From Bacteroidia bacterium (lineage in GTDB: Bacteria > Bacteroidota > Bacteroidia > Flavobacteriales_D > JAUILH01), in NCBI GenBank assembly GCA_030433115.1, contig JAUILH010000005.1, forward strand, positions 4,592 through 68,591: DNA of 64,000 nucleotides. The letters are read 5' to 3'. How positions within the stretch are numbered: the first letter of the stretch is position 1; every line of letters begins with the position of its first letter. The notes under the pieces are model-generated. The model saw only the letters and a list, made by a program, of their open reading frames with translations, ran no database searches and was not told where the DNA came from. Below, piece by piece: positions 26,973-37,018 of this stretch. Both the position numbers and the translations under genes were made by a program.

Positions 26973-29666
26973 TTGAAGAAAACTAGATCATATAGCTTGG
27001 TGATTAAGTCTTTGGGAATTTTCCTAGGCTTGATTTTTATAATGGCCTGCTCTACCCAAAAAGAAAGCTGGCTGAACAGGGGCTATCATAACATGACGGC
27101 GCACTACAACGGTTACTTTAATGCCAAAGAAATTATTAAGGAAACCAAACGCTCGCATGTAGAGAATTACAAGCAGGATTACACGGAGATTATTCCGATT
27201 TATTTGAATCCGGATGATGAAACGGTAAGCAACTTTCAACAACCCATGGAAACTGCCATTGAGAAAATTACGGTGGTGATCTCTAAAAACTCCATGCCTA
27301 ACCCTGATAAACTGAAACGAAAAAAGAAAGAGGAATGGTGTAAATGGATTGACGATAACTGGATGGTAATGGGTAAAGCTTATTTCTACAAACGTGAATT
27401 TGATGAAGCCAATACCTACTTCAAATATGTGAAAGCACAGTACCCGTCTCAGGAAATTATATTTGATGCGGACATTTGGTTGGCTAAAACCGCCATAGAA
27501 ACTGCAAATTATGGGGATGCTTTGTCTATTCTGGAATTATTAGAAACCTCCATTAAGGAGGCGGAAGCTGAGGCGAAAAAGTCTAAGAGCAAGAAGAAGA
27601 AAAAGAAATCTAAGAGCAAAACGTTTAAGAAATATGACATTCAACGTCCCATTAACAAGTTTACTGCAGCGCCTGTTCCCCCGAAAAAATTAAAAGGAGA
27701 GGTGTACACCAATTTGGCCGACCTGCACTTAAGAAAAGAAGACTACAGGGAAGCCGTTCCGCGCCTTGAACAAGCCATTGAGCACCAGAAAAGCAAAAAA
27801 ATGAGGACCAGGTTGACCTTTATCCTGGCTCAGGTACACGAAAAATTGGGCAACGTAAGTGAAGCCCGAAAGTATTACGAGAAGGTGACTAAAATGACGG
27901 CACCGTATGAAATGGAGTTTTATGCCACCATTAATAAGGCCTTATTATTTGATGGCAATGACACCAAGGGATTGAGATCGCAACTGGTGAAAATGTCTAA
28001 GGATGAAAAGAATAAGGATTATCTGGACCAGATTTACTACGTATTGGCAGAACTGGATTTTAAGGAAGGTGATAAGGAGGCAGGAATTGCCAATTTGGAA
28101 AAATCTGCCAAGTACAGCACCACCAATAATAAGCAAAAGGCCAAAACCTACGTGAAGCTGGCAGATATTTACTACACGGATAAGGCGTATCCAAAATCTA
28201 AAGTTTATTATGACAGTAGCTTAACTGTGATAGATGAGACTTATGAGAACTATGATGAAATTTTTGACAGAAGTGAAGGCCTAACCTCTTTGGTGACAAA
28301 TTTGGATATATACACCACGCAGGATAGTTTGTTAAAGCTTGTTGAAAAGGGTGAAAACCACTACATGAAGGTGATTGAAGACAAGATTTTTGAAAAACAA
28401 CGCCTGGATGAAGAGAAGTTTAACGAGCGCCAAAATGCACCATCTACCGGAACTGCCGGGAATAATAATTTTGGATCTGGCGCGCAATGGTACTTTTACA
28501 ACGAGTCTGCCAAGTCTTTTGGAACCAATGAGTTTAAACAAATTTGGGGTGACCGACCATTAGAGGATAATTGGAGAAGAAGTGACAAGACAGTTGCCAA
28601 TGCGGGTGGTTTTGAAGACGGTGAAGATGGCGACCAAAACGCGCCTGAAAACGACCCCTACGCGCCAGAGTATTATCTGAAAGGCTTGCCACTGACAGAA
28701 GATGCCCAAAAGGAAGCGAATGACAAAATTGCAGAGGCTTTGTACAACCTGGGTGTGATTTACAAAGACCGATTGGGTGAGCCCAAAACTGGCATCTCTT
28801 ATTTCGAGAAACTGGTGCAACGTTATCAAGACGGAGAAAAAAGTCTCCCAGGCATGTATCAATTATACCTGACGCATAAAATTGAAGGCAATATGCCAGA
28901 ATCCAACAAATACAAGCAAATGATTCTGGACAAATTCCCGGAGAGCGAATATGCCAAGATCATTAACAATCCGAATTTTAAGAAAGAGGAAGAACTGGCT
29001 AAGAAAAAGTACGGCACCGAATACAATAAGGTTTTTGACTTGTACCTGGCTGAACAATATGATGCCACCATTGAAAAATGTACAGAAGTAGTGAACAGAC
29101 GGGAATCTAACCCCTTCACTCCGAAATACTTACTGCTTCAGGCTTTTGCTTTGAGTATGAAAGATGCCAAAAACCTGGACGCCATTCAAAAACCACTTGA
29201 AACCTTGGTAGACAATCATGGTGATACGGAGGAAGGTGTGCGTGCCAAGAATATTCTGGAAAGGTTGAAGAATCAGAATTCCATTAAGGGCGTAAAAGCA
29301 GGTAACAGCTCGTTTGTATACAATTCTGAAATGGAGCACTTTTTTGTGCTTATTTTCCCTAACTCAGCAGGCAGCATTAATCAGCTTAAAAAGACCATCT
29401 CTAACTTCAATAATTCCAATTATGGCAGTAAAGGCTTGAAGGTGAGAAATTCATTTATTGATACCGACAACCAGATTATTGTGGTGCGTTCTTTCAACAA
29501 TAAGAAAATTGCAGAGCAATATTTGAAGAGCTTCTCTACGAGTAACGGCACTAAGGACGCTGCAGGGAAGTACCAAAACTTCATCATTACTCATAAAAAC
29601 TATGCCTCATTGTTCATTGAAAAAGACATTGAGGGTTATCTTGAGTTCTATAAAAAGAATTACTAA
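26973..29666 (+). CDS. TPR-repeat lipoprotein, probable T9SS component PorW/SprE
   Basis: A lipoprotein signal '..KKTRSYSLVIKSLGIFLGLIFIMAC|STQKE' exists only if translation starts at TTG 26973 (or 26940); the first ATG, 27042, would remove it. The post-Cys motif 'STQKESWLNRGYHNMTAHYNGYFNAKE' and the ~900-aa TPR-rich body fit my recollection of SprE/PorW. Contains a Lys-rich tract 'KKSKSKKKKKKSKSK'. Confidence 0.6.
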   Translation: MKKTRSYSLVIKSLGIFLGLIFIMACSTQKESWLNRGYHNMTAHYNGYFNAKEIIKETKRSHVENYKQDYTEIIPIYLNPDDETVSNFQQPMETAIEKITVVISKNSMPNPDKLKRKKKEEWCKWIDDNWMVMGKAYFYKREFDEANTYFKYVKAQYPSQEIIFDADIWLAKTAIETANYGDALSILELLETSIKEAEAEAKKSKSKKKKKKSKSKTFKKYDIQRPINKFTAAPVPPKKLKGEVYTNLADLHLRKEDYREAVPRLEQAIEHQKSKKMRTRLTFILAQVHEKLGNVSEARKYYEKVTKMTAPYEMEFYATINKALLFDGNDTKGLRSQLVKMSKDEKNKDYLDQIYYVLAELDFKEGDKEAGIANLEKSAKYSTTNNKQKAKTYVKLADIYYTDKAYPKSKVYYDSSLTVIDETYENYDEIFDRSEGLTSLVTNLDIYTTQDSLLKLVEKGENHYMKVIEDKIFEKQRLDEEKFNERQNAPSTGTAGNNNFGSGAQWYFYNESAKSFGTNEFKQIWGDRPLEDNWRRSDKTVANAGGFEDGEDGDQNAPENDPYAPEYYLKGLPLTEDAQKEANDKIAEALYNLGVIYKDRLGEPKTGISYFEKLVQRYQDGEKSLPGMYQLYLTHKIEGNMPESNKYKQMILDKFPESEYAKIINNPNFKKEEELAKKKYGTEYNKVFDLYLAEQYDATIEKCTEVVNRRESNPFTPKYLLLQAFALSMKDAKNLDAIQKPLETLVDNHGDTEEGVRAKNILERLKNQNSIKGVKAGNSSFVYNSEMEHFFVLIFPNSAGSINQLKKTISNFNNSNYGSKGLKVRNSFIDTDNQIIVVRSFNNKKIAEQYLKSFSTSNGTKDAAGKYQNFIITHKNYASLFIEKDIEGYLEFYKKNY

Positions 29667-29708
29667 TCAAGATTTATAGTACTCCCCCAAGAATGTTTAT
29701 TTTGTAGC

Positions 29709-30731
29709 ATGATTGTTCGGTACCGATTAAATTTACTCCAACTCTTAGCCTCAACCAAAAAGTACTGGCTGCTTCTGATGGCCTACATTACATTGGCGGT
29801 TGTGGTCTACGAAATTCTAGATTTTCAATGGATAGCCATTCCGTGGCAGGTATTGACCGTTTCTGGTACAGCCGTTTCGTTTTATTTGGGTTTCAAGAAC
29901 AACTCATCCTATGAAAGAGCCTGGGAAGCTCGAAAGATATGGGGCGCCATTGTTAATACCAGCCGTTCATGGGGCATTGCGGTTAAAAATTTCATTGGAG
30001 AACAACATGCTACTACACCGGAAGCATCTTACGATGAGATCAAAGCCTTGAAAAAAAGACTGATTTTTAGACATATCGCCTGGATTTATCAATTGAGACG
30101 GCAGCTTTGGGAAAAACGTCCGTGGGAACATTCTCAAAAACACATTTTAAAAACCCGGAACAACCTATTAAATAGCTTTGCCCCTCTCCCAATTAAAGAT
30201 GAACTATTGAAGCACATTGATGAGGAAGAGTTGAAACTTTATTTGAAAAAAACCAATATCGCTACCCAGCTAATTAGCAAACAATCGGATGAACTGGAAA
30301 CCGCCCATAAATTAGGATTAATTGATGATTACCGCCATGTGGCATTGCAGGAATTCCTCACCGATTTGTATACCCAACAGGGCAAGTGCGAACGGATTAA
30401 GAATTTCCCGCTTCCCAGGCAATACAGTTCATTTTCATTCTTCTTTGTGCTTGCGTTCATCTTGCTTTTGCCATTAGGATTAATACCAATCTTTAAAGAA
30501 TTTGGAACACATTATATCTGGCTCAGCATTCCATTTACAGCATTGGTAGGGATGATTTTCTGGTTGATGGAATTGGTTGGTGATTACGCTGAAAATCCGT
30601 TTACGGGATGGGTGACCGATACGCCGATGACACAAATCTGTCATGGTATTGAAACCGATCTCAAGGAAATGATTGATGAAGCCGATTTGATAGGACCAAA
30701 ACCTGATGCTGTTGATGGCGTCATGATGTAG
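29709..30731 (+). CDS. Bestrophin-family (YneE/UPF0187) ion channel
   Basis: 'MIVRYRL...' N-terminus. 'FYLGFKNNSSYERAWEARKIWGAIVNTSRSW' closely resembles the conserved 'FLGFRNNASYDRFWEARKLWG' block of bacterial bestrophin homologues. Has 4 TM segments. Confidence 0.8.
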   Translation: MIVRYRLNLLQLLASTKKYWLLLMAYITLAVVVYEILDFQWIAIPWQVLTVSGTAVSFYLGFKNNSSYERAWEARKIWGAIVNTSRSWGIAVKNFIGEQHATTPEASYDEIKALKKRLIFRHIAWIYQLRRQLWEKRPWEHSQKHILKTRNNLLNSFAPLPIKDELLKHIDEEELKLYLKKTNIATQLISKQSDELETAHKLGLIDDYRHVALQEFLTDLYTQQGKCERIKNFPLPRQYSSFSFFFVLAFILLLPLGLIPIFKEFGTHYIWLSIPFTALVGMIFWLMELVGDYAENPFTGWVTDTPMTQICHGIETDLKEMIDEADLIGPKPDAVDGVMM

Positions 30732-30808
30732 GTACCATTTGTTATAGCTTGTTAAAAAAAGTTAAGTACTCGACTTTAACGCGCCACATCCGTACATTTG
30801 AAACAATC

Positions 30809-32425
30809 ATGTTCTCCAGGAGATACCTATATACCATTGTGGCAGCCCTGTCACTAGCCCTTTTGGGGCTCATTGCCATTCAGGTATATTGGATTAAAAA
30901 TGCTTATAAAACCGAAGAAGAACAATATAAGCAGGATGTGAATCAGGCCTTGGTGAACGTATCCAACAAACTGGATAAAGAACAATACTCTGACGATCTG
31001 ATTGCCGTATTTTCCGAAAATGTGATGGAAGATGTACATGGCAAAATTCCTGTGTCTGCCAATGTGATTCAACGAAATTTCAGCATTACAGATAGTATCA
31101 TAGAGTTAAACGGGGATACGACCTTTACGAGAATAATTAGCGGATCTGCGAAAGATTCATCGAGCGGTATTACAGCAGAGGCCAGGATTATTAAAGATGA
31201 AAATTCTGACCAAAACATCTCTAAAATAGAATTGACTGACAATCAATTGGAAGTCACCCAAACCATTTCATCCATCAATCCCAAGGACCTTATGAATCGG
31301 ATTCACATTGTATCCGACATTCTTTTGAGGAGTTTGGACCCTAAGTCTTACGAACCGGCTGAAAACAGAATTGACCTTACAGTATTGGATTCCATGATTG
31401 GCAAAGAGTTGGAAAATTTTGGCATTAAAGAAGACTTTGAGTTCTCCATTGCCGATGAGTCTGGAGGTGTATTTGAATTTACCGAACAGTCTTCAGAACG
31501 CTACAATTCAAAACTGACGTCTTCAGAGTTTTCTCAATACCTTTTTCCCGGAGATGTGAGTCAACTAAAGTCCAGCAACACTATTTTATTGCTGAATATT
31601 GACGGAAAGACTAAGCATCTGTTTGGCAAAATATGGTGGATTTTTGTATTGTCGTCTTTGTTCATTCTCATCATCATTTATGCTTTTTACTATACGGTGA
31701 GAACCATTAATAAGCAGAAAAAGCTCTCCTTAATCAAAAACGACTTTATCAATAACATGACGCATGAATTGAAAACGCCTATTTCCACCATTTCTTTGGC
31801 ATGTGAGGCGCTTTCTGATCCCGATTTCAATCAGGAAGGAAAAATCAACAACACCTACCTCAACATGATTAGGGACGAGAACGTTAGACTAGGGGTTTTG
31901 GTAGAACGTGTGCTTCAAAGTGCAGTGATAGAGAAAGGCAATTTGACGCTAAAAAAAGAGCCCATCGATTTTCATGCTTTAATATCTGAAGTGTCCAAAA
32001 AATTCAATTTTCAAGTAGAAAGAAACGGTGGTCAACTTGAGCTTGAGCTCAGTGCTAAGCAGTATGACATCATAGGAGATCGGGTTCACATCACTAACCT
32101 GCTTTACAATTTATTGGACAACGCCTGTAAGTATAGCAAGGACAAGGCACTGATAAAAATATCGACACAATCTAACCAACAGTATTTTGAAATCAGCGTG
32201 ACCGATCAAGGCATAGGTATTTCTAAAGAGCATCAAAAGAAAGTATTCGACAAACTATTCAGAGTACCCACCGGCAACGTCCATGACGTGAAAGGTTTTG
32301 GACTTGGTTTGAGTTACGTGAAGGCCATTGTGGACCGTCATGGTGGTTCTATTGCGCTGGATAGTGAACTCAATAAAGGCAGTACGTTTACTCTTAAATT
32401 TCCCTACAATTATGAAGAAGCTTAA
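30809..32425 (+). CDS. Two-component sensor histidine kinase
   Basis: Two TM segments flank a ~250-aa periplasmic region. H-box 'FINNMTHELKTPISTI', N-box 'LLDNACKYS', G1 'VTDQGIGIS', G2 'GFGLGLSYV'. I prefer ATG 30809 over TTG 30749. Confidence 0.85.
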   Translation: MFSRRYLYTIVAALSLALLGLIAIQVYWIKNAYKTEEEQYKQDVNQALVNVSNKLDKEQYSDDLIAVFSENVMEDVHGKIPVSANVIQRNFSITDSIIELNGDTTFTRIISGSAKDSSSGITAEARIIKDENSDQNISKIELTDNQLEVTQTISSINPKDLMNRIHIVSDILLRSLDPKSYEPAENRIDLTVLDSMIGKELENFGIKEDFEFSIADESGGVFEFTEQSSERYNSKLTSSEFSQYLFPGDVSQLKSSNTILLLNIDGKTKHLFGKIWWIFVLSSLFILIIIYAFYYTVRTINKQKKLSLIKNDFINNMTHELKTPISTISLACEALSDPDFNQEGKINNTYLNMIRDENVRLGVLVERVLQSAVIEKGNLTLKKEPIDFHALISEVSKKFNFQVERNGGQLELELSAKQYDIIGDRVHITNLLYNLLDNACKYSKDKALIKISTQSNQQYFEISVTDQGIGISKEHQKKVFDKLFRVPTGNVHDVKGFGLGLSYVKAIVDRHGGSIALDSELNKGSTFTLKFPYNYEEA

Positions 32426-33110
32426 CATTTTAGTGGTTGAGGACGATCCCAATTTAGGCACTTTGCTATCTGAATATCTGGTAGCAAAAGGCCACAATAC
32501 CACCCTGAGAATTAACGGTCAGGAAGGATTGGAAGCTTATGCCAAGGGTCAATTTGACTTTTTGATTCTTGATGTGATGATGCCAATAAAGGATGGTTTC
32601 ACGCTTGCAAAAGAAATCAGAGCCATCGATCAGGAGGTGCCCATTTTGTTCCTGACTGCAAAATCCATGAAGGAAGACACTCTGGAGGGCTTTAATGCAG
32701 GGGCAGATGATTATATGACCAAACCTTTCAGTATGGAAGAGTTATTGGCAAGAATCAATGCCATTACGCGCAGATTGAAGGGGGAAGATGATGAGAGAGA
32801 CAAAGGCATTTATGCCATTGGAAACGTGCAATTCAACTTCAATAAACAATTGCTGGAAATGCCTGATGACCGCACGCAAAAACTCACCACAAAGGAGTCT
32901 GAACTACTCAAACTCTTATGCACTGCTAACAATGGTATTTTGGAAAGGCAGCACGCATTGAATGCCGTGTGGGGTGACGATAATTATTTCAACGGCAGAA
33001 GCATGGATGTGTACATCACAAAGTTGAGAAAATACTTCAAAACCTATCCAGAAATTGAGATAGCAAATGTTCATGGGAAAGGGTTTAAACTATTGGTGCA
33101 TGAGGGGTAA
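32412..33110 (+). CDS. OmpR-family response regulator (receiver + winged-helix DNA-binding domain)
   Basis: 'ILVVEDDPNL', phospho-acceptor 'DFLILDVMMP', 'LTAKS', and C-terminal 'LT.KESELLKLL...RSMDVYITKLRKYF'. ATG 32412 overlaps the kinase stop by 14 nt. Confidence 0.85.
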   Translation: MKKLNILVVEDDPNLGTLLSEYLVAKGHNTTLRINGQEGLEAYAKGQFDFLILDVMMPIKDGFTLAKEIRAIDQEVPILFLTAKSMKEDTLEGFNAGADDYMTKPFSMEELLARINAITRRLKGEDDERDKGIYAIGNVQFNFNKQLLEMPDDRTQKLTTKESELLKLLCTANNGILERQHALNAVWGDDNYFNGRSMDVYITKLRKYFKTYPEIEIANVHGKGFKLLVHEG

Positions 33111-33166
33111 TGAGATGCTTGCTTACAAAGTTTTCGTAATTTGTAGATGTTCCAGTAAACGAAACC

Positions 33167-33934
33167 ATGAAATCCCTAATTCTTATTTGTAGCATTGCAC
33201 TTTTAGGCTATGCCTGTGACTCAAAGCAAAGTGAAGCAAACAGTGAGCCTAAAAAAGAAAAAGTTGAAGTTGACACAACTCAATTGACAGAGCCCTCAGA
33301 AGAATTACTCATTGAATCGGTGAGTACAGCGTTTCAATTTCCTGCTTTCAGAGACCTGACTGACGATTTTTTCATTGATACTTTGCGCCAGTCTTTTCTG
33401 GAAGGTCAGGCTAGTTTTCACTACAACTACTGCGCACATATCACGGACACTACTTTTAACGATTTAATAGTTGAGGCCATACAAGCCAACATTGATTATG
33501 AGATGTCCTTTATTGAAACAGACCTTACTCCAAACACCAATTATAGCATGACATGCAAGCCTGTGCACATGTATGTTAATGATGAGATTATCAGTGTGCA
33601 ACAAGTTCAGGATAGCTACACAGAAGGAGGAAATCACCACAACTACGATTGGCTTAGCTTTAATTACGACCGTCAAAATCAATCCTTTTTAGATTTCAAA
33701 GACGTATTTACGATCAATCGCATGCAGGAAAAAGAAGCATTTATAGCCTTGTTGGAATCATATAACCCTAGTAGTTGCCTGGGTTGTGACATATCTATTG
33801 ACTTTGATGAAGACATGTATTTCGTCTTTAAAGAAGACAGTGTAGTATTCATGCGTCAACCACAATGGGCGTGCGGTATGCCGGTCACCGCAGTACCAAA
33901 TGAAGCACTGGCCCCTTTTTCCAAGCAATTCTAA
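33167..33934 (+). CDS. Hypothetical lipoprotein (possibly DUF3298-like)
   Basis: Lipobox 'ALLGYAC|DSK'. 'YTEGGNHHNYDWLSFNYD' loosely resembles the GGAH motif of DUF3298. The family call is weak. Confidence 0.6.
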   Translation: MKSLILICSIALLGYACDSKQSEANSEPKKEKVEVDTTQLTEPSEELLIESVSTAFQFPAFRDLTDDFFIDTLRQSFLEGQASFHYNYCAHITDTTFNDLIVEAIQANIDYEMSFIETDLTPNTNYSMTCKPVHMYVNDEIISVQQVQDSYTEGGNHHNYDWLSFNYDRQNQSFLDFKDVFTINRMQEKEAFIALLESYNPSSCLGCDISIDFDEDMYFVFKEDSVVFMRQPQWACGMPVTAVPNEALAPFSKQF

Positions 33935-33951
33935 TTTGTGTACTTTGGAGC

Positions 33952-34572
33952 ATGGAAACTTTTGACGCAAAAACTCACTGGGAAAACATCTATTCGAAAA
34001 AAGCGCTAACAGAAGTCAGCTGGTACCAGAAGACACCACAGTTATCTCTGAGTTATTTGAAAGCTTTTGACATTCCTAAGGATGCCAAAATTATTGATGT
34101 AGGTGGTGGGGACAGTTTTTTTGTCGACCACTTACTGGACCTTGGCTACAGCCATGTGACAGTTTTAGACATTTCCGAAAAGGCCATTGAAAGAGCAAAG
34201 GCCCGTTTGGGTGAGCGAGCTCATTTGGTTGATTGGATCGTAGGAGATGCTTCTACTTTTAACACTGAAGTGCAGTATGACTTTTGGCATGACCGGGCAG
34301 CCTTTCACTTTTTGAAATCACCTGAGGACATTGATCGCTACAAGAAAAACGTAAACGATTACGTTACAAAAAATGGCATTGTGGTTATTGGAACTTTTTC
34401 CCTAAATGGTCCCCTCAAATGCAGTGGCATAGAGATCTTTCAATACTCTGAAGAATCCCTGGCACAATGTTTCAGTTTTTTAGACAAAATTGACAGCAAA
34501 ATTCATCAGCATACCACACCATTTGATACTGTGCAGGAATTTGTCTTTTGCAGCTTTAGAAAAACCCAGTAA
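33952..34572 (+). CDS. Class I SAM-dependent methyltransferase
   Basis: Motif I 'IIDVGGGDSFFVDHLLDLGY', then 'VTVLDISEKAI' and 'DFWHDRAAFHF', with no signal peptide. The substrate cannot be inferred. Confidence 0.7.
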   Translation: METFDAKTHWENIYSKKALTEVSWYQKTPQLSLSYLKAFDIPKDAKIIDVGGGDSFFVDHLLDLGYSHVTVLDISEKAIERAKARLGERAHLVDWIVGDASTFNTEVQYDFWHDRAAFHFLKSPEDIDRYKKNVNDYVTKNGIVVIGTFSLNGPLKCSGIEIFQYSEESLAQCFSFLDKIDSKIHQHTTPFDTVQEFVFCSFRKTQ

Positions 34573-34573
34573 T

Positions 34574-35203
34574 ATGCATCTCCTTCAGTCCATTACTCCA
34601 AAACCTATTCTCGTGGGCAAGCACACGCTTGTAAAGGTTAATTTAACTGATGACAACCCGAATTTAGACCCATTAAATCCAGGACCGTACATTGATGATG
34701 TTTGCGAAGGGTTTGAAAAAACCGGCATTGGTGGGTACTTGGAGAAACGGAAAATGTATGAGGTGAGCGACCTTTTTAAAGGCAACAACTACCGGAATCG
34801 TCACTTGGGAATTGATATCTGGCAAGCAGCAGAAACCCCAATTTACATGCCCATTTCAGGAACTATACATAGTTTTAATGACAATAATACCAAGGGAGAC
34901 TACGGTCCAACCATCATTACCCAACACCAGCAGAATGGACAAATATTTCACCTGTTGTTTGGTCACTTGAGCCGGAAATCACTTCAAGACATTCAGACTG
35001 GGCAAGCTCTTGAGGCCGGACAAAGGCTAGCATGGATAGGTTCTGAACATGAAAATGGTCAATGGCCACCACATCTTCATTTTCAAATCATCATTGATCT
35101 TCAAGGAAAATTGGGGGATTACCCAGGTGTTGCGTTTGAAGAGGAACTTGACTTCTATCAAAAAAACTGTCCGGATCCTTCGAGTTTGATTGTTTTCGAT
35201 TAA
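34574..35203 (+). CDS. M23 family metallopeptidase without a recognisable signal peptide
   Basis: 'HLGIDIW' (HxxxD), 'PIYMPISGTI', and 'GQWPPHLHFQI' (HxH). ATG 34574 lies one nt after the methyltransferase stop (34570-34572). The ORF-track start at 34490 overlaps the upstream gene. Confidence 0.75.
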   Translation: MHLLQSITPKPILVGKHTLVKVNLTDDNPNLDPLNPGPYIDDVCEGFEKTGIGGYLEKRKMYEVSDLFKGNNYRNRHLGIDIWQAAETPIYMPISGTIHSFNDNNTKGDYGPTIITQHQQNGQIFHLLFGHLSRKSLQDIQTGQALEAGQRLAWIGSEHENGQWPPHLHFQIIIDLQGKLGDYPGVAFEEELDFYQKNCPDPSSLIVFD

Positions 35204-36087
35204 TCTACAGTTGGACCTTCAACCCCATGAGCTTCAAACACATTATATAATCTATAGATCAGACTGATTTTGAGTCCCCAATTCATCAAGCCGGTCCAGG
35301 TTCTTGGCATATCAGCTTGATCAAAGTTGAAATACTTATCCCCTTTCATCCAAAAGTATTCCCCATTGACCTTTGCATTGACGTTTTCAATGTTCGTCAA
35401 ACCCAACTCCAAAAAACCATTTACCGACAGATCAAATTCATGAGTAATTTCATACCGTATGCCATATTCCATCAAAAAAGACCAGTGATTTTTATTGTAA
35501 AGTGATTTCAAATCGTAGCCTTCTGTACCCTCAAAATAGCGGACATAATCGACCAAGTTTTCATGCTTCACTCTGGAAAACCGATTAATTTTCACCTCAT
35601 CGTAGTTCATCTGAGCGTATCCAAAGGCATTGGTTTGACGATACCAGTAGTAATTTTGAGCATACCCCAATCGGCCATATTCGAACCCAATTTTCATATT
35701 GAACCCGAGAATTTTACCATTGTTCTTGTTTAGAGTCAACAGTAATGGCACCTTGGTGTATATAAACTGCTGGTTATACAGGTCGATCTCGCCAATAGGT
35801 GCCGTGCCATTTCCATCATATTCCTGAGACAAATTGCCGCCAGTTCTTGATCTGGCAATACCTGTTTCAAAACCGAAATGCTGTCTGTCCAGAAAAAAAG
35901 TGGCGGACAAACCGTGCTTACCTCCCAGAAACAAGGGATGATCGCTGGTACCATCCAGTAGATGATAGCCCGTAAAAAAGGCACCGAATTGAGGTGCATA
36001 GTATGCCGCAAGTTGCACCTCTCTTTGCGCGAATGATGGAGTCACGCCACAGATTAATGCGATATAGAACCAATGTTTAATCCTCAT
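35200..36087 (-). CDS. Hypothetical secreted, probably outer-membrane beta-barrel-like protein (paralog A)
   Basis: Signal peptide 'MRIKHWFYIALICGVTPSFAQ'. Alternating aromatic/Gly-rich beta-strand-like pattern. Paralogous to the adjacent gene: 'HFGFETGIARS' vs 'KYFIETGLRLT', and 'YTKVPLLLTL...FNMKIGFEYG' vs 'HLRIPLYLGW...FKMKFGIQTS'. Confidence 0.6.
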   Translation of the reverse strand: MRIKHWFYIALICGVTPSFAQREVQLAAYYAPQFGAFFTGYHLLDGTSDHPLFLGGKHGLSATFFLDRQHFGFETGIARSRTGGNLSQEYDGNGTAPIGEIDLYNQQFIYTKVPLLLTLNKNNGKILGFNMKIGFEYGRLGYAQNYYWYRQTNAFGYAQMNYDEVKINRFSRVKHENLVDYVRYFEGTEGYDLKSLYNKNHWSFLMEYGIRYEITHEFDLSVNGFLELGLTNIENVNAKVNGEYFWMKGDKYFNFDQADMPRTWTGLMNWGLKISLIYRLYNVFEAHGVEGPTVD

Positions 36088-36928
36088 GTCTTACGGATTT
36101 AAAATAGTAACTCACATTAAACAAAGCGCCAAAATTCTTGTTTCTGTGCATCTGATCATCCGTGGACATACTGAAAACCTGCCGCCAAAAGTTGTATGGT
36201 CCGGCCTGGTAATCTTCATTGTGCATCCGATACAGGCCTGCATTGGTATAAAAATTCATCCCTGCACGAATTTGAGGGTGCAAGGTAAATTCGAATCCTA
36301 AAGACACGTGATAATACAAATTCAATCTCCTGAATTTGCTCATAGTTTTACCACTCAACCCGAAATACTCATCATACGACAAAAATCCATCAAACCTATC
36401 GTCATTCTTAGCATTGGTTTTGATATAATCTCGAGGAAGCAGATCACTTGGCATGTTGTTTTCATAGTACTCATCAGTGCTCACATAGATGTAATTATCC
36501 GCATTGGTCAATAGACTGGTCTGGATTCCAAACTTCATTTTGAAGCGGAAGTTTTTATCCGGATTTGTAGACCATCCCAGATATAAAGGAATCCTTAAGT
36601 GGGAGTATTCCTCATGCATATAAATTAGAGCCCCGGCAGACGTGTCGCTAAAATCGTATTGCCGACCATCACTCTCTTTGGTTAATCTCAAGCCTGTTTC
36701 TATGAAGTACTTTCGTCCCAAATACATCCCTCCATGTCCGCCAAAACCATGATTCTTGTTCACCACCGATACGTCATCATCAATGATCAAAAACGGAATG
36801 AACCCAGCTGACAATTCGGGGGCCATATAGGTATGCTGCGCATTGTAATCCAATCCCACATAGAAATTCTGAGACCAAATATGGAAGCTTGAGATCATCA
36901 GTAGTATCAGGGTTGTCAGGGTTTTCAT
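36077..36928 (-). CDS. Hypothetical secreted, probably outer-membrane beta-barrel-like protein (paralog B)
   Basis: ATG 36928 gives the signal peptide 'MKTLTTLILLMISSFHIWSQ'; GTG 36940 is an alternative start. Its 3' end overlaps the start of paralog A by 11 nt. Confidence 0.6.
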   Translation of the reverse strand: MKTLTTLILLMISSFHIWSQNFYVGLDYNAQHTYMAPELSAGFIPFLIIDDDVSVVNKNHGFGGHGGMYLGRKYFIETGLRLTKESDGRQYDFSDTSAGALIYMHEEYSHLRIPLYLGWSTNPDKNFRFKMKFGIQTSLLTNADNYIYVSTDEYYENNMPSDLLPRDYIKTNAKNDDRFDGFLSYDEYFGLSGKTMSKFRRLNLYYHVSLGFEFTLHPQIRAGMNFYTNAGLYRMHNEDYQAGPYNFWRQVFSMSTDDQMHRNKNFGALFNVSYYFKSVRHED

Positions 36929-37018
36929 CTCTTGTCTCACAATTTACGAAAAAACAAAGTTCCGGCAGACTGGCATACTTGTTGTCTTTTAGAGAATGAA
37001 CATTTAAACATTTTGGCT

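Noticed and set aside
27591-27623. Purine-rich 'aagaagaagaaaaagaaatctaagagcaaaa' tract in the PorW/SprE-like gene, considered as a slippage or phase-variation site.
   Set aside because: The longest homopolymer is only A5 and the tract is interrupted. It simply encodes a Lys/Ser-rich linker.
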